Positions 8,374 through 17,053 of a stretch of 32,000 nucleotides of DNA are shown here, piece by piece (the stretch's first letter is position 1; every line of letters begins with the position of its first letter). The stretch is taken from contig OZ245049.1 of NCBI GenBank assembly GCA_965224465.1, positions 5,040,001 to 5,072,000 of the forward strand, read 5' to 3'. The DNA is from Flavobacteriaceae bacterium (GTDB lineage: Bacteria > Bacteroidota > Bacteroidia > Flavobacteriales > Flavobacteriaceae). The position numbers and the translations under genes were made by a program. The notes beneath the pieces were generated by a model that was given only the letters and a program-made list of their open reading frames with translations, was not told where the DNA came from and searched no databases.

Positions 8374-9387
8374 TTAATTTAACTGTAATCTAGCCATGAT
8401 AGGGAAGTGGTCAGAGAATTTTTTCTGATATGTTTTAAAGTTATTTACTTTGATATTTTTATCACTTAAAATAAAATCGATGCGCAGGGGAAAAACATAA
8501 TCATAGGTTTTTCCAAAACCAACTCCTGCTGCTGTAAACGCATCTTTTTTTTCCTTTTTTAATTGATGATAAGCCCAAGAAAAAGCATTGTTGTTAAAGT
8601 CACCACAGATAATAATTGGATACGGGCATTTTTGTTGGTGCTTTAGGAGTTTTTTTACTTGTTGTCCCTGTTTTTTAAAGGAGGTTTCCATGCGTAATCG
8701 TAATTTTTTGGCGTTTTTTTGACCGAAATTTTCCTTTTTCGGATTTATTCTCAACGATTCTAAATGGACATTGTATACGCGGAAAGTATCCTTTTTTCGT
8801 ACAATATCAGCATAAATAGCATTGTTATTACTTTTAGTAAAATCTAAAGATCCTGATTTTATAATGCGGTATTTAGAAAATATTGCCTGACCAAAAGTTG
8901 TTTTTTTTACACTTGTTTTTTTATATGAATAGGAGTACATATTTCCCAGTTTCTTGTTGGGATAGTACTCTTGTAAACACAGGACGTCTGGGGATGTTTT
9001 TTTTATCAGTCCAAGAATGTTTTGTTTGATACTATCACTTTTAATCCATTTAAAAATATTGAACATACGGACATTATAGCTCATTATTTTTAAATCGTTG
9101 CGGAGCATTATTTTTTGAGGTTGAAATCCATAAAAGTCCTGAATTGTATTAAAACTCAGTAATAAAGCAAGTGTGGAAATTAAAAAAGGGCGTTTAAGTT
9201 GTACAATCCAATAGATGGCAAACGCACTGTTTAGTAAAATTAACACGGGAGTACTCAAACTCAAAAACACTGTAAAAGTATAGTTGGAAGGAGAAATGTA
9301 TTTTATTAAAATAGCAGTTAATAAACACAAAGCCACAATGGAGTTTATGAATTTAATAAGTACGTTAAACGGGTTCAATTTTTTCAT
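8374..9387 (-). CDS. Membrane-anchored endonuclease/exonuclease/phosphatase (EEP) family protein
   Basis: Three hydrophobic N-terminal segments, then EEP motifs (MSYNVRMF, CLQEY, CGDFNN, SDHFPI). Confidence 0.75.
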   Translation of the reverse strand: MKKLNPFNVLIKFINSIVALCLLTAILIKYISPSNYTFTVFLSLSTPVLILLNSAFAIYWIVQLKRPFLISTLALLLSFNTIQDFYGFQPQKIMLRNDLKIMSYNVRMFNIFKWIKSDSIKQNILGLIKKTSPDVLCLQEYYPNKKLGNMYSYSYKKTSVKKTTFGQAIFSKYRIIKSGSLDFTKSNNNAIYADIVRKKDTFRVYNVHLESLRINPKKENFGQKNAKKLRLRMETSFKKQGQQVKKLLKHQQKCPYPIIICGDFNNNAFSWAYHQLKKEKKDAFTAAGVGFGKTYDYVFPLRIDFILSDKNIKVNNFKTYQKKFSDHFPIMARLQLN

Positions 9388-9426
9388 CTAATTTTTTAGA
9401 GCATTTCTTGGTTGGAAGATACACTA

Positions 9427-10266
9427 TTATTTTTTTCCCGCTTTAAAAAGGAAATCTTTTTCTTCTTTAGTCAGGGTTTCATATCCTGATTTACTGATTT
9501 TATCTAGGATAATATCTATTTGATGTTGATGAATTGGTTTGCTGTATTTTTTGGAGGTTTTCTTTTGGTTTTTGGATTTATAAACCGTTTTTAACGGATT
9601 CTTATTGGTTTTAAATAAATTGATAATAGCATTGAGTCCATTTGTAAACCATGCCCCTATATCGTTGTGTTTCATGAGCTGTTTAGCATAGATAAAACCG
9701 AATAAGGCACCTCCTAAATGCGCTATTGCTGCACCACCGTTAGTTATGTTTTGTACTTGTAGTACGTTTAGGAGTACAAAAATTGCTGCTAATACCCAAA
9801 GTTCTACCGATCCTATAAATCTTAGGCGCAGAGCATAACGCGGTACTTTGGTAGCGACTCCAATAAAAATGGCTAATACGCCAGCAGAAGCTCCTCCTAA
9901 TGACATACCAGAATTTTGGTTGATATAGTTAAGTCCTAAAAATGAAATTCCTCCTGCAATTACTCCTAAAAAAAAGAAATTATAGAATTGTTTGACAGTG
10001 TAGAAATCTAGAAAAATTCGACCAATATAATATAAGACCATCAAATTGGATAGGATGTGAAATAGATCTACATGTACAAATGCGTAGGTAATAATAGTCC
10101 AAGGTTTGTACAAGGCAAGGGAGAAATCTGTAGGGAGGGTAAACCAATCCAACATAAATGTTCTTGCCAAATAAGTAACTAAAAAAAGAGCTACATTAAC
10201 GTAAATCAATTTTTCGGCAGGGTCTGCTTTTTTTAGTTCGTATTGTAAATCGGTAAAAATACTCAT
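9427..10266 (-). CDS. Rhomboid family intramembrane protease with charged C-terminal extension
   Basis: HILSN, GGASAG (Ser motif with Ala after Ser) and AHLGGALFG blocks. C-terminal tail IDIILDKISKSGYETLTKEEKDFLFKAGKK. Confidence 0.8.
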   Translation of the reverse strand: MSIFTDLQYELKKADPAEKLIYVNVALFLVTYLARTFMLDWFTLPTDFSLALYKPWTIITYAFVHVDLFHILSNLMVLYYIGRIFLDFYTVKQFYNFFFLGVIAGGISFLGLNYINQNSGMSLGGASAGVLAIFIGVATKVPRYALRLRFIGSVELWVLAAIFVLLNVLQVQNITNGGAAIAHLGGALFGFIYAKQLMKHNDIGAWFTNGLNAIINLFKTNKNPLKTVYKSKNQKKTSKKYSKPIHQHQIDIILDKISKSGYETLTKEEKDFLFKAGKK

Positions 10267-11003
10267 TAGTTAAATTGTTTAAATTGATGTTTTTTCCAGT
10301 ACCAAGCAATGATAAATCCAATGATAGCACCTCCTACATGTGCAAAATGTGCAATGTTTCCTATTGAGTACTTGGTGATTCCAAAGAATATATCACTTGC
10401 AATAATTAAAGGAATAAAATATTTAGCAGAGATAGGAATAGGGATAAACATTAAACCTAATTTGGCGTTCGGAAATGCCAACCCAAAAGCAACTAATATT
10501 CCGTAAATAGCTCCGGAAGCTCCTACAACTTGTGAGTTGAAGATACTATAAAATTCACCCAAACGTTGTTCACTGATAGATTCTAAAATAAGGTTGTTAT
10601 AGGAGCCTGTTTTTAAAAGGTTTTGGATGTCTGCTATTGAGACTCCTGCATTTGTAAGCTGTTCGTAAACACTATTAAATTGGTAGTAGTTCACTGCTGT
10701 ATAGATCAATCCTGCTCCAAGTCCCGTAGAAAAATAGAAGAAAATAAACTTAGATTTCCCCCACATTTGTTCTAAAGGTGTTCCAAAGGCCCAAAGTCCG
10801 TACATATTAAAAAGGATATGCATAAACGAATGTTGACTATGCATAAACATATGCGTTAAAAATTGCCAAAATCCGAATTCATCACTTTCGGGAAAGTGCA
10901 ATGCAAATAGATGCTGTATGTCAAAATCTAAAAACTGAGGGGCTAAATATAGGATTACATTTAATATGATTAAATGTTTGATTACATCGGTGACTTTATT
11001 CAT
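10266..11003 (-). CDS. Rhomboid family intramembrane serine protease
   Basis: HILFN, canonical GASGAIYG and HVGGAIIG blocks. Its start overlaps the mutL stop (ATGA at 11000-11003). Confidence 0.85.
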   Translation of the reverse strand: MNKVTDVIKHLIILNVILYLAPQFLDFDIQHLFALHFPESDEFGFWQFLTHMFMHSQHSFMHILFNMYGLWAFGTPLEQMWGKSKFIFFYFSTGLGAGLIYTAVNYYQFNSVYEQLTNAGVSIADIQNLLKTGSYNNLILESISEQRLGEFYSIFNSQVVGASGAIYGILVAFGLAFPNAKLGLMFIPIPISAKYFIPLIIASDIFFGITKYSIGNIAHFAHVGGAIIGFIIAWYWKKHQFKQFN

Positions 11004-12856
11004 GAATTAAATTTTTTATCAATTTCATCTATGCTCATCGTAATAAATGTGGTTTTACTGTAAGGAGATGTATTGGGGTCTTTACACGAAAATAATTTAT
11101 TTACAATTTCTTCTTGTTCTTTAATATCTAAAGTTGTGCCAGTCTTAATAGCCATACTTTTCGCCATGCTTTTTGCCAAAATGTCTACTTGGCTAAAACT
11201 GGTGTCAGGGATTTCGTTTTTTATATCTTCTAACAACTGCTCTAAGATAATACTTACTTGGCTTTCGCTGATACTTGTAGGAATTCCTTTAACCACAACC
11301 GTTTCGTCTGCAATGGTTTCAAAACCAAAGCCTGTACTTTCTAAATCTCCTTTTATTTCTAGTAATAAAGCAATATCACTTGGGATAAAAGAAAGGCTTA
11401 AAGGAAAAAGGAGTTGCTGACTCATGGTTTCTTTTACAGTGCTGTTTTCTAAGTATTCTTCATATAAAATCCGTTGATGTGCTAAATTTTGATGGATAAC
11501 TACCAAACCTGATTTTATATTGCTAATTATGTATTTGTTATGTAACTGATAGGTTTTTCCATTGGAGTTGTCTTCTTTAAACAAAGAGTTTTCCTTGGCT
11601 GTTTCTTTGGAAATTATGGATTCAAATTTTGTTGTACTTGATTCGTATTCCGTAGAGCTAGGTGTGATGTCTACATATAAACTTTCCCAGTTATTGTTAG
11701 GTTTAGGCGTGTAATTTCCTTTGGAATTACTAGGCTTAAATGCTGTTTTAAAAGGGTTAAATGAAGGGTCTACTTCAATGTTTGGTGTTTTGGGTATTGT
11801 GTTTTCCGTGAATGTGTACGGTGTTTCCATACTTGAATCTCTTTCAAAATCCAGTACAGGAGCAACATTAAATTGCCCTAAACCATGTTTAACTGTCGAA
11901 CGAAGAATGGCGTACAAAGCCTTTTCATTATCAAATTTTATCTCAGTTTTTGTTGGATGTATATTTATGTCTATAGATCCTGGAGGAACTGTTAAATATA
12001 AAAAATAGGTAGGAAAGTACCCTGGAGATAGTAATTCGTCAAAAGCACTGGCTACTGCGTGATTTAAATAGGCGCTTTTTATAAACCTACTGTTTACAAA
12101 AAAGAACTGTTCTCCTCTTTTTTTCTTAGCATATTCTGGTTTGGCTACAAATCCTTGGATGGTAACGATGTCAGTTTCTTCGTTTATTGGAACAAGTTTT
12201 TCATTTGTTTTTTTTCCGAATAAAGCAACAATACGTTGTCTTAAATTCGAAGGTTTAAAATTGTAGAGTTCGTTTTCGTTGTGGTACATAGAGAACCCAA
12301 TATTGGGGTGCGCCAATGATACACGCTGAAATTCGTCTATAATATGACGGGTTTCTATGCTTGTTGATTTTAAAAAGTTTCTACGTGCAGGAATGTTGTA
12401 AAATAAATTTTTTACAGCAATAGAAGTTCCTACAGGGGTGGTAATTACGTCTTGTTCTGTAACAGTACTTCCTTCTATCTTTAACAAGGTACCCAAGTCT
12501 TGATCGGATTGTTTTGTTTTCATTTCTACATGAGCAATAGCAGCGATAGATGCCAATGCTTCTCCTCTAAAACCTTTGGTTTCTAGTAAAAATAAATCTT
12601 CTGCCTTTGCTATTTTTGAAGTAGCATGACGCTCAAAACTCAATCGGGCATCTGTAGTACTCATTCCTTTTCCGTTATCAATTACTTGGATCAGGGTTTT
12701 TCCTGCGTCTTTTATAATTAATTTGATATGTGTTGCATCAGCATCAATAGAATTCTCTAAGAGTTCTTTGGCTACGGATGCAGGACGTTGCACCACTTCT
12801 CCTGCAGCAATCTGATTGGCTACATGGTCTGGTAATAACTGAATTATGTCAGACAT
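11000..12856 (-). CDS. mutL: DNA mismatch repair endonuclease MutL
   Basis: GHKL ATPase N-terminus IQLLPDHVANQIAAGEVVQRPASVAKELLENSIDA, DNGKGM, GFRGEALASI; 618 aa with C-terminal dimerisation region. Confidence 0.95.
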   Translation of the reverse strand: MSDIIQLLPDHVANQIAAGEVVQRPASVAKELLENSIDADATHIKLIIKDAGKTLIQVIDNGKGMSTTDARLSFERHATSKIAKAEDLFLLETKGFRGEALASIAAIAHVEMKTKQSDQDLGTLLKIEGSTVTEQDVITTPVGTSIAVKNLFYNIPARRNFLKSTSIETRHIIDEFQRVSLAHPNIGFSMYHNENELYNFKPSNLRQRIVALFGKKTNEKLVPINEETDIVTIQGFVAKPEYAKKKRGEQFFFVNSRFIKSAYLNHAVASAFDELLSPGYFPTYFLYLTVPPGSIDINIHPTKTEIKFDNEKALYAILRSTVKHGLGQFNVAPVLDFERDSSMETPYTFTENTIPKTPNIEVDPSFNPFKTAFKPSNSKGNYTPKPNNNWESLYVDITPSSTEYESSTTKFESIISKETAKENSLFKEDNSNGKTYQLHNKYIISNIKSGLVVIHQNLAHQRILYEEYLENSTVKETMSQQLLFPLSLSFIPSDIALLLEIKGDLESTGFGFETIADETVVVKGIPTSISESQVSIILEQLLEDIKNEIPDTSFSQVDILAKSMAKSMAIKTGTTLDIKEQEEIVNKLFSCKDPNTSPYSKTTFITMSIDEIDKKFNS

Positions 12857-13146
12857 TAGAATAAAGTATGAATATCTAAAATATAGGCAGCGATGCCTAC
12901 AAGAATTGCTATTATAAGGGCTAATCGAAGACTTACTCCGTTTTCGTTTACCTTTTTAGTGGCTTTTACCCAATCGTTTCTCAGGTTGTTTTTTACCAAT
13001 GTTACTTTGTATTCTTCATCGGTTAAATGACCGTCTTTATTGTATTTTTTTTCTAAATCTTGAATGCGTTCTTTTCGCTCATTATAATAACGAGGCTTGT
13101 AGTCAAAAACGTAATGACTTCGAGATTTAAACATTTTTCCAAACAT
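12856..13146 (-). CDS. Small hypothetical protein, charged N-terminal part plus single C-terminal TM (tail-anchored topology)
   Basis: 96-aa ORF whose TAA overlaps the mutL ATG by 1 nt (TAATG at 12854-12858). C-terminal LRLALIIAILVGIAAYILDI. A promoter-like box lies upstream. Confidence 0.5.
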   Translation of the reverse strand: MFGKMFKSRSHYVFDYKPRYYNERKERIQDLEKKYNKDGHLTDEEYKVTLVKNNLRNDWVKATKKVNENGVSLRLALIIAILVGIAAYILDIHTLF

Positions 13147-13182
13147 AAATGATAGTTGTAATTACAATATTTTAGTAAGCAT

Positions 13183-13213
13183 CAAAAGTACAGAATTTGT
13201 AACGGTTGTTCAA
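13183..13213 (-). promoter_or_regulatory. Bacteroidota-type promoter for the small-ORF/mutL operon
   Basis: Minus strand reads TTG-(20 nt)-TACTTTTG: -33 TTG at 13211-13213 and -7 box at 13183-13190, 37 nt upstream of the ATG at 13146. Confidence 0.5.
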
Positions 13214-13334
13214 ATTTTGTTTATAAGATAGTTGTTAAAGTTAGACTAAAATGGGTAGTCATCCCAATTTTATTTCCAAAATACTGATTTTGAATTTGAT
13301 AGTTGCGTCAAATTGATCAACGCATTTTTTTGGT

Positions 13335-13590
13335 TTACTATTGAAAACAAATTCAAAGGACCGATGTAAATCAGGTGTTTTTTGTTCTCTCGTTCTTGAT
13401 AAACAGAACAATAGTTAGTGATATCCTTAGTTTTTTCTGATAATCAACAGCCTGATATAAGGGGGCGAGGTATGCTTTCTAGAGATTGTTTTTGTTTTGA
13501 GGCAGATATGTGTTCTATTAAACCCTTAATAGAATGATTAACAAAAAGTAATTATATTTCTAAACCGTTACTTGGAAATGTATGTGGTAT
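13335..13590 (-). repeat. Interspersed element, copy E (composite, ~75-100 nt extra internal sequence)
   Basis: 13360-13450 aligns with the copy C left/central part (ACCGATGTAAATCAGG..TGTTCT..AGAACAATAGTTAGTGATATCCTTAG). 13540-13590 aligns with the copy C right end (TTCTAAACCGTTACTTGGAAATGTATGTGGTAT). Confidence 0.65.
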
Positions 13591-13672
13591 TATTTGTATT
13601 GGAGATGTTCTGTTAATTCGGTGCTTTTATGAGTTTGAATTAATTGGATGGCAAGTAAGAAATACTAGAAAT

Positions 13673-13707
13673 AAAAAAAGAACAACCGTTAAATTGTTCT
13701 TTTTTTT
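13673..13707. terminator. Bidirectional rho-independent terminator 3' of ribH
   Basis: A-run, stem AGAACAA (13679-13685) / TTGTTCT (13694-13700), 8-nt loop, then T-run. Lies 19 nt beyond the ribH stop. Confidence 0.7.
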
Positions 13708-13725
13708 AAGAAGATAATTTTTCTT

Positions 13726-14208
13726 CTATATATTCTTTATAAGTGCCATTTTTATTGCTGCAACAGCACATTCAGTACCTTTGTTTCCGTGTTTTCCACC
13801 AGACCTATCTATAGATTGTTGTTTGGTGTTGTCTGTAAGTACACAAAAAATGATCGGAACATCCTGTTGTACATTCAAATCTTTAATTCCTTGTGTTACG
13901 CCTTCGCATACAAAATCAAAATGCTTTGTTTCTCCTTGGATTACATTTCCAATGGCTATAATTGCATCTAATTCTGGGTGTTTTTGATACATTTTTTTAC
14001 AACCGTAAATCAATTCAAAACTCCCTGGTACTTCCCATTGAATAATGTTTTTTTCGGCTACTTCATGGTCTAAAAATGTAGCTACAGCTCCTGCTGCTAA
14101 ACTTTTTGTGATTTCCGGATTCCATTCAGAAACAACAATCCCAAACCGAAATTGTTTCGCGCTTGGGATTGTTGTTTTATCGTATGATGATAAGTTTGTT
14201 GTTGCCAT
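13726..14208 (-). CDS. ribH: 6,7-dimethyl-8-ribityllumazine synthase
   Basis: FGIVVSEWNPEIT, VPGSFELIYG, AIIAIGNVIQGETKHFDFV, GKHGNKGTECA; 160 aa. Confidence 0.9.
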   Translation of the reverse strand: MATTNLSSYDKTTIPSAKQFRFGIVVSEWNPEITKSLAAGAVATFLDHEVAEKNIIQWEVPGSFELIYGCKKMYQKHPELDAIIAIGNVIQGETKHFDFVCEGVTQGIKDLNVQQDVPIIFCVLTDNTKQQSIDRSGGKHGNKGTECAVAAIKMALIKNI

Positions 14209-14979
14209 TTATTTGGTAGCGTAAGTTGCTTTACTAATAAATACTTCAATGTTTCTTCCTTCTTCAGAAGTAGGGTAGTCCTTTTTTATTTGCTTAAATA
14301 AAGACAATGCTTTATCAGATTTACCTAAGTCCAAAGCCATGTTTCCTGCTTTAAATAAAAACAAAGGAGTAGAAAAACTGTTTTTTTGTAAGTTGGCTGC
14401 TTTGATATAAAAGTCCAATGCATCTTCTGGTTGGTTGATGTCTGCAAAAGCATCACCAATAGCTCCTTTAGCGGTAGGTCCTAATAAGGCATCTTTAGAA
14501 CTGAATTGCTCTAAATGTGAAATTGCTTTTTTGTATTGTTTCATTTTTAAAAATGAAATACCCGCGTAATAATGAGCTAAATTTCCTGCTTTTGTTCCAC
14601 TAAATTTGTCTGCGACATCTATAAAACCATATTTTCCTTCGGCTCCATTCAAACCTAAATTAAATAAAGAATCTACGGCAACAGAACTGTTAATTGCTTG
14701 TTCAAAATATACTTTAGGATATGCCAATTCGTTAGCAGCTTCTTTTTCTTGTGGTTCCCCTACGTATTTTTGGTACGCCATAAATCCTAAGATAGAGCAT
14801 ACAATTAATGCGATAATCCCAAAAATTGCTTTTTGATGCTTTATAACCCATTGTTCAGATTTTGAAGCAGTTTCGTCTAAGGTATTAAAAACTTCAGCAG
14901 TTGTTGATTCTTCAGTCACTGTAGAAGTCTGTGTTTTTTTATTTCTAATTTTAGTACCAGTTTTTTTGTAGGTTGCCAT
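14209..14979 (-). CDS. Tetratricopeptide-repeat membrane-anchored protein (YfgM-like)
   Basis: Single TM (IFGIIALIVCSILGFMAY) followed by TPR-like helical repeats. Its stop abuts the ribH start. Confidence 0.7.
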   Translation of the reverse strand: MATYKKTGTKIRNKKTQTSTVTEESTTAEVFNTLDETASKSEQWVIKHQKAIFGIIALIVCSILGFMAYQKYVGEPQEKEAANELAYPKVYFEQAINSSVAVDSLFNLGLNGAEGKYGFIDVADKFSGTKAGNLAHYYAGISFLKMKQYKKAISHLEQFSSKDALLGPTAKGAIGDAFADINQPEDALDFYIKAANLQKNSFSTPLFLFKAGNMALDLGKSDKALSLFKQIKKDYPTSEEGRNIEVFISKATYATK

Positions 14980-15002
14980 TATTTTTTATATAAATTGAAG
15001 AG

Positions 15003-15010
15003 CAAAAGTA
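15003..15010 (-). promoter_or_regulatory. Bacteroidota -7 box (TACTTTTG on minus strand) upstream of the TPR-ribH operon
   Basis: Exact TAnnTTTG match 24 nt upstream of the ATG at 14979. Confidence 0.4.
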
Positions 15011-15092
15011 GCATATTTAATTGAAAACTAAAAATGGAAATCAGTCTAAATATCAAATAAAAGTAATAATTTTATACCCTCATTTATTTTCA

Positions 15093-16172
15093 ATGCATTT
15101 AAAAAAAATAAGCCTTCTTAACTTTAAAAATTTCGAATCACAAAATTTTGATTTTGACAGTAAAATTAATTGTTTTGTGGGCAATAATGGCGTGGGTAAA
15201 ACCAATGTTTTGGATGCAATTTTCTTTTTGTCTTTTGCTAAAAGTTATTTCAATACCGTTGCTAGTCAGAATATTAGACATGGAGAAGAGTATTTTATGA
15301 TTGATGGAGAGTATCAATTAGAAGAGCGTTCAGAACATGTGATTTGTAGTTTTAAAAAAGGGCATAAAAAAATCATCAAGCGAAATGGTAAAATTTACGA
15401 ACGTTTTTCGGACCATATTGGTGCGTTCCCCTTGGTTATTATTTCTCCTTCAGATAGAGATTTGATTGCTGAAGGAAGTGATGTTCGTAGGAAATTTATG
15501 GATGCCGTGATCTCTCAATCCGATTCTGTTTATCTAAAAACATTGATTAGCTATGCGAGAGTTGTATCTCAACGAAATGCTTTGTTAAAGTATTTTGCTT
15601 CAAATAGAACGTTTGATTTACTCAATTTAAAGGTGTATAATGAGCAACTGAAAGTATATGGAGATAAAATATATCAAAGTAGGGCTGCTTTTTTGAAGAT
15701 TTTTACACCCATTTTTTTAGAGCGTTATCTTGCGATTTCTGCAGGTAAAGAGAAAGTAGGCTTGCGATATAGGTCTCAATTAGAAGCATCGGATGTTTTG
15801 GATTTGTTAACGGCAAGTTTAGAGAAGGATCGTGTGTTACAGTACACAAGTGTTGGGGTGCATAAGGATGATTTAGTCTTTGAAATTGATGGATTTCCTG
15901 TAAAGAAATTTGGTTCTCAAGGGCAACAGAAATCTTTTTTAATCGCTTTAAAATTAGCACAGTTTGATTTTATTAAGGAACAATCAAAGGTGAAACCTAT
16001 TCTTTTACTAGATGATATTTTTGATAAATTGGACGATTTGCGTGTACAGCAAATTATTACATTGGTAAATCAGGATCATTTTGGTCAGATATTTATTAGT
16101 GATACTCATGCCGAAAGAACAGAAGAAGTGGTAAAAAAAACAAACCAATCCTATAAAATATTTAAATTATAA
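15093..16172 (+). CDS. recF: DNA replication/repair protein RecF
   Basis: Canonical N-terminus [14 protein letters not shown], Walker [10 protein letters not shown], signature FGSQGQQKS, Walker B LLLDDIF. The tracked ORF's extra 24 N-terminal codons are not RecF-like. Confidence 0.9.
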   Translation: MHLKKISLLNFKNFESQNFDFDSKINCFVGNNGVGKTNVLDAIFFLSFAKSYFNTVASQNIRHGEEYFMIDGEYQLEERSEHVICSFKKGHKKIIKRNGKIYERFSDHIGAFPLVIISPSDRDLIAEGSDVRRKFMDAVISQSDSVYLKTLISYARVVSQRNALLKYFASNRTFDLLNLKVYNEQLKVYGDKIYQSRAAFLKIFTPIFLERYLAISAGKEKVGLRYRSQLEASDVLDLLTASLEKDRVLQYTSVGVHKDDLVFEIDGFPVKKFGSQGQQKSFLIALKLAQFDFIKEQSKVKPILLLDDIFDKLDDLRVQQIITLVNQDHFGQIFISDTHAERTEEVVKKTNQSYKIFKL

Positions 16173-16180
16173 TTACGCAA

Positions 16181-16477
16181 ATGGCGAAACGAAACAAAGA
16201 AGTTTTTTCGATGAAAGATATCATGAGTCAAGTTCTTAAAGAAAATAAACTCATCAAAGGGATTCAACAATTAACAGCGTACGAAACGTGGATTGATATG
16301 ATGGGGCCTGGCGTGGCATCCTATACAGAAAGTGTTACCATACAAGGGAAAACCTTGATTGTAAAATTATCGTCTTCTGCGTTAAGAGAAGAATTGAGTT
16401 ATGGGAAATCTAATATTATTAAAATGATGAATGAGGCATTGGGCGATGGTGTAATTTCTAGAGTGATCTTAGGATAA
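16181..16477 (+). CDS. DUF721 domain protein (recF-associated)
   Basis: 98-aa ORF 8 nt after recF; sequence W..MGP.....T..V.I..G.L.V...SSAL..EL is typical of DUF721. Confidence 0.7.
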   Translation: MAKRNKEVFSMKDIMSQVLKENKLIKGIQQLTAYETWIDMMGPGVASYTESVTIQGKTLIVKLSSSALREELSYGKSNIIKMMNEALGDGVISRVILG

Positions 16478-16576
16478 CGAGCATTATTGGTTTTATGCCA
16501 AAGAATATTCCAAACAAACGTTGTAAATCAAGCCTTTTTTGCTGATTGTTGTTGTATAATATGACTGTAGTTGTAT

Positions 16577-16672
16577 GAATTACATTTAGAATTTGAATTA
16601 TTTTTTTGTTTTAGCAAGGCTAGAACGTAAAACAACCTATTTATATCGATCCTTTTGGATTGTAATTACTAT
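16577..16672 (+). repeat. Interspersed element, copy B' (internally deleted derivative, ~96 nt)
   Basis: GAATTACATTTAGAATTTGAATTATTTTTTTGTTTTAGC joined directly to AAGGCTAGAACGTAAAACAACCTATTTATATCGATCCTTTTGGATTGTAATTACTAT. It lacks the central ~55 nt and part of the 5' arm. Confidence 0.65.
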
Positions 16673-16804
16673 CATAGACAGAAATGCTATTTTTGTGTTT
16701 TTTAACTAGGTGAAAAAACGTACTACTTAAATTCTATTATTAAATTTTTTGTTGGTGAAATTCACAGAGGTTCATCTCGAAATAGAACCTATTGGTTAAA
16801 TACA

Positions 16805-16960
16805 ATACCAAAAGCATTTCCAAGTGACGGTTTAGAAAAGGAATTGATTTTTGTTTTAGCTAGACGGAAAATTTAAGGAGCTTTGGCTATCGTTCTGTTT
16901 TATTTAGTTAGAACGTGAAACAACCTATTTATATCGGTTATTTTGGAATGTAGTTGGTAT
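16805..16960 (+). repeat. Interspersed ~155-bp element, copy B (full length, reference orientation)
   Basis: ATACCAAAAGCATTTCCAAGTGACGGTTTAGAAAAGGAATTGATTTTTGTTTTAGCTAGACGGAAAATTTAAGGAGCTTTGGCTATCGTTCTGTTTTATTTAGTTAGAACGTGAAACAACCTATTTATATCGGTTATTTTGGAATGTAGTTGGTAT. Confidence 0.85.
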
Positions 16961-16996
16961 AAGTACTCGTTTTATTAAACGAATTCTGTTAATTGT

Positions 16997-17035
16997 AAAA
17001 AAAAATCCGTTGATAAAGTCAACGGATTTTTTTTA
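16997..17035. terminator. Bidirectional rho-independent terminator 3' of ndk
   Basis: A-run, 9-bp stem ATCCGTTGA (17005-17013) / TCAACGGAT (17019-17027), 5-nt loop, then T-run. Lies 19 nt beyond the ndk stop. Confidence 0.8.
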
Positions 17036-17053
17036 TTTGTAAGTGTTGTTTTT

